DNA of 64,000 nucleotides, taken from NCBI GenBank assembly GCA_000320545.1, contig ADNK01003270.1, positions 1-64,000 on the forward strand, written 5' to 3'. This stretch comes from Bigelowiella natans CCMP2755. Its lineage: Eukaryota; Protista; Cercozoa. The notes beneath the pieces were generated by a model. It did no database searches. It saw only the letters and a list, made by a program, of their open reading frames with translations, and was not told the DNA's origin. The position numbers and the translations under genes were made by a program. Shown one piece after another: positions 52,278 through 64,000 of this stretch; the stretch's first letter is position 1, and the number at the start of each line of letters is the position of its first letter.

Positions 52278-53882
52278 TACATTGTTTGTGCTGGTACGGC
52301 TGCAGTAGGTAACACGCATTCATTACTCGCAAGGAAATAACCCCAATGTTTCTATCTATCTAACTGCGGTATATATTATTTTTTCCAATATTAGTAGGCG
52401 CCTTCTTAGAAGAACATACATCGACGTGATGCGGTTGGTTTTTCTTTCTTTTCTTCCCCTTCTTCCGGCTGGCAGCTGCAGCAGCAAGATCGATCGTACC
52501 TGCTCAGCACATTTTACAAGTGTCAACTACTACATGATAAACACAAGCAACTCACCAATTCACCAGCAAAACAATCACATGGTGGATTACGCATCGTGCC
52601 AAATACGAAGAAAATACGTCACCCTTATGAATGGTTCTCAATATACGGTCATGCCTCTCTCCCCGCTACTGCTATCACCCTTTTGCTGCATATCAATATT
52701 GTGCGCATCATGATTGTGGAAGTAACCTGGAACTCGGTGTCCTGATGCAGCTTGGAGGTTTTGCAATTGACGTTTTTTATTGTGATCCACACGTTCTTTC
52801 TTTTCTTTCATAGCACGTTCCCAAGGGTCCATCCCATCGTTTTCCCCTGGCGAGTTGGAGAGAGTGTGTGTTTACGATGATGTGGAATACACTTTACCAA
52901 TTATATCACAGGAAACAACAGCGATAGGTATTTTTCAAAGTCACACCTGCTTTAGCTGGGATAGCCCATGTTTCGTTAATATCATTTGCCCTTTGAAACA
53001 CACCCCACGACGTAAGAAGATTAAAAACATGATATCGACAATAGTGATTGTTGGACTACTTTTTATATCCATATGTCCGCCGCCACTCCTGCTTCGTTTC
53101 GTCAAACACAATCTTATCTTTTTTCCTCTTCTGTATTCCTTTTAATTTCGCAAACTTTTCCCATGTCGTCTGCTCACGAGGCTTTGGAACCTGTGTGCAT
53201 TAGTAGTAAAAGTAGTATTTAGGGATCGATATGGTGGTGGTGCATATTGATAGACGTTGGTGGCGGTGAATAATTATATTTAACAGATGTGGGGTCATTT
53301 TTGAGCCGCATTAAAACAAAATGAGGTTCATATCTGGCCGCATGTTTTTAAAAATGTACTCGTAACACATTACGGCATTTACAATAACACGGCTATTATT
53401 TCAACACATGTCCAGATGCTTTTATACCTAGTATATGCATATAAATATATACACATTCTGATGTGCGCGTGGGAGTCATGACACCATGCGGCAAAAACAT
53501 GATGATATTGGTAAGTACCGGTTTCTCCCTTGGAAGCTTTGTCGTTGGTGTTGGCAGAGTTGCAACTCGCCCGTTGCCATATGGAGGTGGCTCTGTTGGA
53601 AGGACAAAAATTCTTCCAATGAGCCCTTGGACGTTTTTCTGAGCACGAAGTCTGATGTCTTCATCTATCGTACTGGATAAACAGACAGTGGTATGCATCA
53701 GGGCGACATACAATCGTTGGGTATTGGATTCAATTACTCACGTGCTGTCTCTCGGTGTGAAAGCTGCAGTGTCGAGGCAGACAAGATTGCCTATGTCGTA
53801 CTCTGGATCTGGTGAATGAAACAAATATCAGTATGTAGATCCCATTCAGCATTGAGGAACTGCTACCAGGGAGGGAAGCCAT
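51045..53882 (-). CDS. RRS1: Ribosome biogenesis regulatory protein RRS1, multi-exon
   Basis: YDIGNLVCLD..NVQGLIGRIFVLP..LPTPTTKLPREKPVPKP..TTWEKFAKLKGIQKRKKDKIVFDETKQEWRRTYGYK..DPWE..KKERVDHNKKRQLQN..STASMGKFD, the RRS1 signature series. Confidence 0.94.
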
Positions 53883-54251
53883 TGACACGAACCCTCTTAA
53901 TATCGCCTATTCGCCGGTGTTTTATAAAACTGGTCTTCTAATCATGTCGTCATTGATTAATCCCCATCAAATTATCTTCTTAATATTGGGCTGCGTTTTT
54001 GCGATCCGAAGAATTAATTCTCATTCCTGTTGCCTTCTCGGCATCTGCCATCTGCAGTGGCGGGAGAGAGTTGTGCACTTTCCGCCAAGGCGCCACAATT
54101 GGCGTATAAAATGGCAGATCACATAGAGTGTGAGACATGAGATTCGAGCAATCATCCTTTACAAAAAGGAGGTCGAATATCCTACGTCAACGTCAAACAT
54201 CAGAACGCCAACTTCCTCCCCCCAGAAATTCTGTGGAATCGGAAATTGCTA

Positions 54252-57037
54252 ATGGCAAGCATAGGCCCAAGGTCTCAGACACCCATACAATTTCCAGGCG
54301 ATAAAGTCGTCAAGATACCGACCGTTGTCAACGAGAGATTCGAGGCAATAATGGGAGCAGGTGCCAGTTCCCAGGTACGTCCATTTTACACTTGCGGCGC
54401 CGTCATTGGACATTGAAGTAATAAAATCTAACTGTTCACAGACACAAGTGGGTTTTACAGCACCCCTATTAAGAAGTATCTCTCGTGAGAACAGTATTGA
54501 GGCTGGAAGGAAAGAACCATCGCAGTCAGACTCCAACTTCAGATCCTGTAGCCCAATAATGAAAAATATTTCCAAGAACAAGCGCAAGCCGTTAAACCCC
54601 CAGCGATTGGACACAAATTCCACCAAAAGAGCAAGAGTTAGTCCTGCAAAAGGGAAAAGATCAACGGAAAGCTCTACATCGTCCGCAGTCGGCTTGAATA
54701 GCATTACAAACTACTTCACATCACCCTTCAAGAGAGAATCAGAAACTTCGCGGGATGGACGTACACCTGGGAAGGAATTGAAGTCCAACTTGCCTGTCCC
54801 TTTGCCACCTCCAAACGTTCCGCCATTAGAAGAAAAGAAATCACTGCTAAGTGAGGAAATGTCTTCTTTGCAGAAGAAACTCGACGCAACTGAGGAAAAA
54901 TTTGCACAGACTCAGGCAGCGTTGCAGCAGGTAGTAGATCGGGTTCTGCTACCTTTCATCCATCATAAATAATTTATCCCGTAGGCAGAGAAACAGCTAG
55001 AAGTTCAGACAAGGACAGAAGACGAGCGCCGAATAAGGGTAGATTTGGAACCAATAGCAGTCATATTCCAGGCTTACATTTATTTTCTCTAGGTAGCTGA
55101 GGTGTTAATCGGTACTTTAAAAGAACTGGCACTGCATCAAAAGAAAGAAATGCAACGAAAACTTGTTGACGATCGATTTAGAATTGGGCAAGTAATACCC
55201 ACTAGTGAGGGTCATGAGATTCATGACATTTGGGAGCCCGGAGAAGACTACAAAATCCTTCGCATGAAGAGAGTACGTCCTCTTTCTTCTTTTCGTGCCA
55301 GTGTGATTTAATTTTCCAACTTGCAGATGGAGATAAAGAGAAGTTTCGAATTCCTCCAGAATTCTCGGAAGGAGCTTCGACGGAAAAGTAATTATCTTCT
55401 CATCTTTAATGCCTCAGTAAACTATAGATTTCGTTTGTAAATACCTGAATAAATGAATTTTAGCAAAATCTGCGAAAGCTCCTGCGAAAGGCAAGTCAGA
55501 TAAAAACGACGGGTTTTTAAAACCAGAGCCGGCGATCCCTCTTTCGCACGAAATCTTAGAGCAAACTGAAATCTACAACTTACGTTCGCAGAGCTTGAAA
55601 AAGGTGTTATTTTGTATCACTCGTCAGGATTCAATAATTCCAACTCACTTTCTATGACAGGAAATGGCGGATCTTCAACAAGAAGAAGAGCGCTTGGAAA
55701 TGAAGAAACAACAAGTAATTAGAATGCAACGGCAAATACAGGACGAGAGGAACTCGAAGTTCAATGACTTTCAGATTCTCCACGAAAGATATCTACTTCT
55801 TCACCTGATGGGAAAAGGAGGTTTCAGTGAAGTCTATAAGGTATTCTATTGTATATCTGATAGGTATGATAGTTACAACATTAAAATTGTGTTATTTCAA
55901 GGCTTTCGATTTGGAGGAACTAAGATACGTTTGCTGCAAAATTCACCAAATAAACGAGAGCTGGAATACTGCTCAAAAACAAAATTATTCAAGACATGCA
56001 ACAAGGGAATACGAAATTCAGAAGAATCTTCATCATTCACGAATTGTCCAACTCCATGACGTAAGTTGCAAATCTTCTATTAGAGTGATCATATTAGATA
56101 TATCATCCGTTATTCCTGTAGGTTTTCGGTATGACAGCAAGCAGTTTCGTGACTGTACTGGAATTTTGCGACGGCGGCGATCTTGACCTCCTGCTGAAAA
56201 AAAGAAAAATACTCACTGAAAGAGAAGCCAAAAGTATCATCATGCAGGTCTTTAGGTAAATAGTGGTACTTCTTCATGTAACTTTCTGGTTCACATTTCA
56301 TACTGAGTGAATATATTTTCAGTGGTCTGCAGTATCTGAACCAGCAAAAACGGAAGATTATACACTATGACCTGAAACCAGCAAATATTTTGTTCCATGA
56401 AGGGTAATTCTTGCACAAATAATTGTGATTAAAGTTGAACTGATGAGGATCCCGCAGGCAAGTGAAGCTGACGGATTTCGGGTTGTCAAAGATCATGAAC
56501 GATAACCCTGGTGGCATTGAGCTGACCTCGCAAGGCGCTGGGACTATGTGGTAAATACTTGCCAGACTAATCTTACCAATAATTTCTCATAGTGAATATT
56601 GTAGGTACCTTCCCCCAGAATGTTTCGTGCGGAACTCGGTTATCAGCTCTAAGGTAAACAAATTCTGCATCACTGGCGAAATATTTCTCAAATTTCTTTA
56701 CAGGTCGATACTTGGTCTGCGGGAGTGGTGTTGTTCCAGATGGTCACGGGTCAGAAGCCATTTGGAAATGGGATGTCCCAAGAATCGCTTATTAGGAGCG
56801 GTACAATGAGAAACGCCAGAAAAGTCGAGTTTCCAGAAAAGATTAAACTGAGCACTTCCACGAAGGTATAACCAACCAGAAAATCCAACGTTGTGTTCGA
56901 GCGCTTCATCATTTTTTTTGCAGGAATTTATCTCTCGATGCTTATCCTATTTTCCGGCGGACCGTCCAGATATTCTCGAAATATTCTCAGACCCATATTT
57001 TCAGTCTTCTCGCAAATCGTCATCATCGCGCTCCTGA
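54252..57037 (+). CDS. TLK: Tousled-like serine/threonine kinase, multi-exon
   Basis: Coiled coil, then [98 protein letters not shown], all characteristic of TLK. Confidence 0.95.
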
Positions 57038-58653
57038 AACTGTGTAGCTGGATGTGGAAATAAGTTAGAATCATAAGAGAATGGCCTGGCCATTAACCAC
57101 AGGCTACTCATTATTTCTCTTCATGAATTAAAATTGAAAATATATTTATCTTTATAGCTAATGGATTTCTAAAGGAAAAAAACAGCGCATTCACACGGGA
57201 TGAGCCCAACGGATGCGCACATTTGTAGAGGGGATAATTGCCAGCATGCACGGACCCTTTTCTTTACTATCCATCATATAGATAACCGCCTTTATTGGAT
57301 TGTTAGATGGCGTCGTTGCCTCTCTCCACAGCGCTAGAGCATGTACTGTGTCTATGGTAGAAGGCGCTACAGTCGCCGTCGCTAGCGCAGCGGGGAGGCA
57401 AGTCCGTGCAGAAATGCGATGCATGCATGGCATGATCCACAGCACAGCTTGACAGCCACTTCACTCGGCACCAACACGGACTACAGTCGTCAATGCACAG
57501 ACACGTGGCAGACATCATTTCTACGCGCACGCACACATGTCTAAATGCGCTGCATGAACGAACCCATGACGAAGCGTGCTAGCTAGCTAGCGTGGCCAGA
57601 AGTGCACATGCTAGCATGGGTGTCGATCTGTGTCTGCACACACGTCTAGACGTCCCTGCGACACAACTCTAGAACTCTAGAACTGCGCATGCTAGCTAGC
57701 ATGCATGCTGTCACGTCGTGCATGTCTAGATGTGCAGTGACATGGCTAGCAGGCAGCACAGCTAGAAAGCTAGACATGCAGCGTGTCTAGGTGTGCTCTC
57801 AGGTTCCTTGCAATGTCGACACGGCATCCGACATTGCATGCTGCACGCACGTTGTCTGGCAATGTGTTCATTGTGCAAGGTGCATGTGTCTGACCAACGC
57901 ACATTTGGCGCACCACTCCACACCACACGCTTGCTGCGTGTGCAATGACACCGATGCACCTGCCTAGCTAGCTAGCTGCGCACAACACTTGGAACAAGCT
58001 GGGCAACCTAGCAATGATGCATGTCTGCGGGTGTGAAAACAAAACAAAAAATTGTGTTGTTGATCGTTGCACACTTGTCCCGTTGCGATGGACCGCTGCA
58101 CGTGCTGCTCCAGTGAGTGTCATTGGCACGCATAGACAGTACTAGAGTGTCAGAGCTGTGGCAATGTGGTGCCAGCAATGAACCTAGCAACAGATGACGT
58201 GTGGGCCATGGAGGTGCTCACTTGTCGCAGCGTCTCAAACTAGTGGCATGAAGAATCACCGGGACAATCCGATTTCAAATGAAATACAACACAATTCAAC
58301 ATGTTATTTACAACCACACGTTGTCGTAGTTTGAAAATGAGTATTTTTTACCAAAACAAGAGTTACATTAGTCATTGCCTTTGGAGAATCATCATCTATC
58401 AAGCACCCATTCATCCCTCCTCCATCCTTATCAAGAACCAGATAAACAACCACTACGACGTTTCGGGTAATCTATATACATTGATGAGGGTTATTTGATC
58501 TGAATTCACGTCTGAATCCTCGAAATCAGTGATGGTGAACAGAAACAGTCATCATCTCCATTTTGCCATCTTCTTGTTTTTTGTTGGTCTGTATAGATCT
58601 ACTTTACCGCTAACGAAATTTTATTTATTATGCACTTTTCATCCACGCAGAAG

Positions 58654-59857
58654 ATGATTTCCTCCATTCTATTGATCGCATTGTCGACGATGCAAGTATC
58701 CGCAATCAAGTCCATCCCGAAGTTTGAAGCATGGAAAAAGGAATTTGGAAAGAGGTGAAAGTGAATGTTCACAGTGGGAAAATGCATTTGCAGCAACACC
58801 TTTTATTCCTTAGTTATGAAGAAGCGGGAAAAGAGGATAAGGCTCGCCTTAACTTTGGTAATTCCAAGCTCATCCTCTATACATCAGCCATCCATAAACT
58901 CTCCACCGTTCTATTGTTAGTCGAGAACGAGCGCATTATCCAAGGTCTCAACGAAAATGAATTGGGGAGCGCAGTTTATGGGCACACAAGATTCTCAGAC
59001 ATGTCTCCAGAACAGTTCCGAGCGATGGTGATGGAAAAGATATTTTCGACATGATGATGATGATGATGATGATGGTGATGGATCTGTGCCAGTATTACTA
59101 AGCAACTGCAGCCTATTCTCTGCTGCTACCACCACTACTTTCGTGGACCGATCTGCCAAGTTTACCCTTGTTGAAATATTGTCACAGCTCACCATGACTA
59201 TGTTGATCAGATGACACCGTTCAAGTACCATACTGATGAGGCTGAGAACGCTGCGTACGATCAGAACAAAGTAGTATGAAATCGTTAAATGTCCATCGAA
59301 ATATGACGTGGATAGAATATTGCTGGGCGCGGTTCCATAGGGCGAATATATCGAGATGAGAGTTGGGAGGGTGCAATATGCAACAATGCCAATGATGTAG
59401 GCTAGAGGAGGGAAATCTTTACATGTTACGGCGATACGTGAATAAAAAGCCTGGATTCCACCCTATTACCTTGCAGAATGCTGTCAAGGTTACTGATAGC
59501 TTCGATTGGCGCGATTTCAATGCTTTGACGCCTGTGAAGGATCAAGGTACTAAGAAATTTTCGGACAACAAAGTCGATTAGAATATCGTTCGCAAACCTG
59601 TCGTCTAATGTGATGCCATCGATTATACAACCGTGGTAATGATGGTCAATGAGTAAATTAAAGCAAGCACGCATATGGCAGCTCCAAATAAAATATTCTG
59701 ATCATCGTTCTTGCAGGGGGTTGCGGATCATGCTGGGCTTTCTCGGCAACCCAGGTGTTAATACCACAGTGATAGTCAAAGCGGTGCAGTATCTAATTCT
59801 TTTCGAAATGGGTCGAAGATCAATGCGTTTTTGTTTACAGAATTCTCCAACAAATAT

Positions 59858-59907
<50 letters not shown>

Positions 59908-60294
59908 GCGCACGCACATGTGAAGCGTTACTGGTACTCAAAAGCAATTTAATAACGGTTTCTTCTTTTATTCTTGCAAGGCTTTGGAATCCGCCCATTA
60001 CATCAAGCACAATGATACTTTGGACTCCCCGGTGTTATATCATTTTTACCACCACAAATATTATTTTCACTACCCCCAACAGTGGCATGAAGCAGGAGAT
60101 GGAAGTCATGCTGCCCGCACCATGCGGCGACACATTGCCCTTCTTGTTCGTTGTTGCTTGATTCATCATCATTAAACTTTGGAACAGATTGCTTTGTCCA
60201 CAGAGCAGCTTGTGGAGTGCGATCAGCACGACTACGCTTGCTATGGGTGGGTAGCAGCAGCTATAATCTTAGTTTTCAGCTATGCTTCTATGTT

Positions 60295-60331
<37 letters not shown>

Positions 60332-62194
60332 TAGTAGCAGTAGTAAAGGAATGCGAGTAGCTTAGCAATTGAAGGGGATTAGTGAATGTTGTAAATATTA
60401 GAGAATGGTATGATTAAGATGCAAGGTTATGTTATGCTGCATCACTGCTCAACGTGTTCTTTTTTAAAATATGAGACCAGAGGACTGATTTGCTACATGC
60501 ATCATTTGTACATGTGTGGTGTTATAGAAGTATTGAATATATTAGGAAGCACTAGCACCGTATCGTCGTTTTCTTTGTTCTATTATCCCCATTCTCGTCT
60601 AAAAATTCGTCCCTTCACAGAGGTTTCCCTCGCGATGCAATGAAGTATATTAAGGAGAGCGGTGGTCTCGTTGCTGAGGTATAGTTACTCAAATATTTGG
60701 TCGAGTGTGTGACTGTAATAATGCATGATTATCGGCAGCTGTAGGGAGTTGGTAGGGGTGTGCTCCGTTATTTCTGTGGTTTTCGTGTTACTGCTGCCTT
60801 TTTGCGGTTTGTTTCTTCAGTTGTCTTCCATACTCAGCATGATGTAGGATGCTTGTTATTATTTGGCAACGATGATTCAGGCTGATTATCCTTACAATGT
60901 GGAGGGCCATACCGTATGCTTGGCAAACCAAACGTTCAACGAGACTTGCGGAGACGGTGATGACTATACATAAGGCGGAATATTCAGCAATAGTAAAAGG
61001 CTGTGTTAGATGACTAACATTATGGTGTCCTCATTGCGCTCAGGGATTTGCGATGACCCTCCCCTGACCAACTTCTGCGATTTGACTTGTAAGTTGGGGG
61101 GAGAAAAGGGCTTGAAGCCGGTTGCATCTATCACCGATTGGGAGCAGGTCCATATACTTAATCAAGACGGTGATGATAAAATAATGATGATGACGATGAT
61201 GATGATAAGGTTGATGATAATATGTCCTCCTCTTTGAATTCTCTTTTACCTCTATACGTCCCTCTTCTTCTTCTTCCTGCTCCTCCTCCTACTTAGGTTC
61301 CTAGCGACGAAGATAAGATTGCATCATATCTCGCACTGAAGCACCCTCTATCAGTCTCCATTGATGCAGGGTGAAGATAGATAGATAGATAACTCCAAGA
61401 TCTTTTCTTCTCTGAGTAGTAGAACAGTTTGCAGCAGACAGAGAATAGTTGCATAGATTATAATGCAACAGCACATTCATCATTCACTAAATATTCAGAG
61501 AGGGACTGTCGTGGATGCAGTTTTACAAGGTAATTACAGCAATTGTAGAGTACAACTCTTAGCGGTCATCTACACGTCGTCCTACATTGAAGGGCCATAG
61601 CCATCCTCATTACCAGCATATCATTCAAACGACCAACAATATCATTGTTACTTATATTTGCCATTATAACATATCAAACAGCATGGAGTTGCTAATCCTC
61701 GATTCTGTTCCAAAACGTCTCTCAACCATGCGGTGATAATGATAATGAATGCATAGAAATAAAGGCGGTTGTATCGGAATGACTATATACTCGAAACGGG
61801 TTCTTACTTCCGCATAATATGGACAGCACCAAAGCAAGAACTGTTTAGCTTCTCCCTCTACCCCCCCCCCCCCTCTCTCTTTCTTTCTCTTTCTATCTTT
61901 CTCTCTGTAATTTGAAGCTGCTGCGTATTGTTTCGGTTGCACAAAAAAAGGTTCTCCTCGTTGGATTTGGCGTCGATGGAGGCAAAGCATTCTGGATTGT
62001 GAAGAACAGTTGGGGTGAAAAATGGGGAGAAAATGGGTAAAATTGCTAAAATACATATGCATTGTCACATGATAGTGCGGACCTACTTTCTCATTTATTT
62101 TTTGCCCTATCATCTGTACAGATATTTCAGGCTTATCCGAGGAAAGGGTGCTTGTGGTATTAATACCCGTGTTGTGTCTCCAATTGCTGCATAA
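58654..62194 (+). CDS. Papain-family (C1A) cysteine protease, cathepsin L/F-like preproenzyme, multi-exon
   Basis: Signal peptide [23 protein letters not shown]-like prodomain ([15 protein letters not shown]; [14 protein letters not shown]), [54 protein letters not shown]. Confidence 0.96.
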
Positions 62195-62830
62195 GTATCG
62201 TATGACCGAAATGGCAAGCATCCGAAGAAGCCTTCAATTCTAGAATTCTAGCCAGGATCTGCCATTTATACAATGCAAAGCTTTGCAGAGGAGTAGAGTT
62301 CGCCCGGGGTGTACATAAATTGCATCGATGAATGTTTAATTCACGTGATTTTTTCACGAATCGCCCCAAATATGACAAAATCAGCTTCGTAAACATGTTG
62401 CATGGCTTTCCAGCACACGCATCATTTGCATGGCGTTCGTTGTTTGATCATCATGCTAGCCAGTGCATGCGCACATTGTCGCAGCATCGCACCGCCATCA
62501 CATGGCATGTTGTGTGCGGATCAATGATAGGCATAGCCTACTCTAGCTAGTCTAGTACCAGCACGCACTAGCAGCAGCGCTGTCATGCGCTCATGCGATC
62601 AATTTGGGTGACGTCGCCATGGCGTAGACTTCCTTCACTTGCTAGTTTGCTTGCGTGTCGCAGGTGACGTACATGGCTAGCTAGCTAGCCCCCTAATTTT
62701 GATGCTAGCGCTAGATCTGCGTGATCGATTTTGCTTTAAAGACACTCGGGCTGTACGTCGTTGAGGCTTGCATGATTGGGGGGTTGTTGTCCATGTCGTA
62801 GTGCAAGGATCATTCAACAATAGACATACG

Positions 62831-62870
62831 TATATATAATATATATAATATATAATATATATAATATATA
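62831..62870. repeat. AT-only TATATAA-like microsatellite
   Basis: tatatataatatatataatatataatatatataatatata. Confidence 0.9.
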
Positions 62871-63453
62871 CTGTGTCTATAGTTTCAAATTTGCTGAATC
62901 AGTCTAGCAGTGTGAGTAAGACATTGCATGACACTGTGCTGGAAAACACAGGTGTGGATCAAATTGGAGTGATTCACAAGTTTGGCTAGTTGGGCCTCAC
63001 GATCACTTGCTTCAGACGGCGGGAGGACGTTCCCCTAGTCCCGGAAAGAAAACGCGAAGGTGCCTGAACATTATTTGCAGGCACAACAATCACAGTGGTC
63101 ATCGCTGACTGCGCACACTGTCTAACTGTAACTGAATGTGTGTCATTGCTGTTGCACGCGCGTTCAGGGTTGCTATCATGCAATCAAAAGCTCGAATTCG
63201 TTGTGCGTTCATTGATTGCTGCTGCCGTGAGCGCGCAACCATATGATGATGAAACGTGTGGCATCGCAGTGAACGTACGCACGCTCTGTCACAGTGCAGC
63301 GTGCAACCTGCATGACGAACCAACACAATGAGCAACATGAAATTGGCATCATAACGTTTTCAATGGCGGCTAATCTTGTTATCATATTTCGACATGGACG
63401 ACATACGGAGGCCTCACGTCGGGAATAAGACGAAATGATGGGCTGCATCAATA

Positions 63454-63978
63454 TCATTTTCTAGGACAATCTGCACAGAATGTAGAAGGATCCTTGCGCT
63501 CAGGATGGGCACACTTCTGTTTTTTGGCCATGTAACGTTCTCGTGAAGTCATGGCTTTTGATGGGTTTGTAGCAGAAGGAATTGACAACTGGGAAACCAT
63601 GTTTTCAATGTCCACCTGTAATCATCACATGCTGCGTGAGACGACAGAGCTACATGACAGTTGCACAACGTCTAGTCCGAACTATAAAGTCCAGGGAAAA
63701 ATAGATAAATATTAAACTTGTTTACCTTCGTCAGCGTAGGGTTCATTGCAAGCTTGACAGGCGACATAATTTGGGACTTCCTTGCAAAACCCCCCTGTGG
63801 TGTTTTGACGCTTCTTGCAGAAAGACCGATACCTAAAAAACACCTTTCTTGATCAACAATCCCTGGAATTCTTGTCAACTTAATTGATCAAACCGTTGTC
63901 GGGTGCAGCTGTGAGAACCACAAGAAGGACTGCAAGGACGAGGTTTACTAAGAGGCTAGCCAGGAGGGAGGACCGCAT
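63454..63978 (-). CDS. Small (117 aa) protein with bipartite plastid-type leader and Cys-rich C-terminus; 3 exons (63894-63978, 63726-63832, 63454-63615)
   Basis: In-frame splicing gives MRSSLLASLLVNLVLAVLLVVLTAAPDNGIGLSARSVKTPQGGFARKSQIMSPVKLAMNPTLTKVDIENMVSQLSIPSATNPSKAMTSRERYMAKKQKCAHPERKDPSTFCADCPRK*. Confidence 0.75.
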
Positions 63979-64000
63979 GCTTTCTGCTGGCTTAGGAGAC

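Noticed and set aside
57544-58132. CpG-methylation decay or fungal RIP as the cause of TG/CA richness
   Set aside because: CpG remains common here, and C>T processes cannot delete TA or selectively spare CTAG.
57191-58190. Cys/His/Met-rich ORFs in intergenic zones (also 19848-20266, 45745-46310, 50364-50913, 62986-63457)
   Set aside because: Expected by-product of TA depletion (few TAA/TAT/TAC codons); no splice structure or motifs.

Overview
Gene-dense, intron-rich eukaryotic nuclear DNA with GT-AG introns, many of them full of microsatellites. Several genes have signal-peptide + transit-peptide leaders, which suggests an alga with a secondary plastid, most plausibly a chlorarachniophyte such as Bigelowiella (inference). 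About 16 protein genes could be reconstructed by hand. They include a partial GH27 alpha-galactosidase, a PHB-depolymerase-like esterase, a tandem GNAT acetyltransferase, a bacterial-type threonine dehydrogenase, a Tudor/Agenet protein, a coiled-coil (MFP1-like) protein, an NT5DC-type 5'-nucleotidase, a polyprenol-kinase-like membrane protein, a glucokinase, RRS1, Tousled-like kinase and a papain protease. There is one intact, very young Ty3/Gypsy LTR retrotransposon (20191-25906; identical 326-bp LTRs, GCCA TSD). Three observations stand out. (1) Intergenic 'TpA deserts' where almost every surviving TA lies in CTAG while TG/CA are abundant, suggesting a RIP-like A>G (TA>TG/CA) hypermutation system that spares CTAG. 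(2) The retrotransposon integrase ends in a degenerate Dam/DIRS-type adenine-methyltransferase-like domain, and the element sits in the middle of one such desert. (3) A perfect 76-bp inverted copy of an RRS1 exon segment lies just downstream of RRS1 between 4-bp direct repeats. All counts and gene models were made by eye and need computational confirmation.
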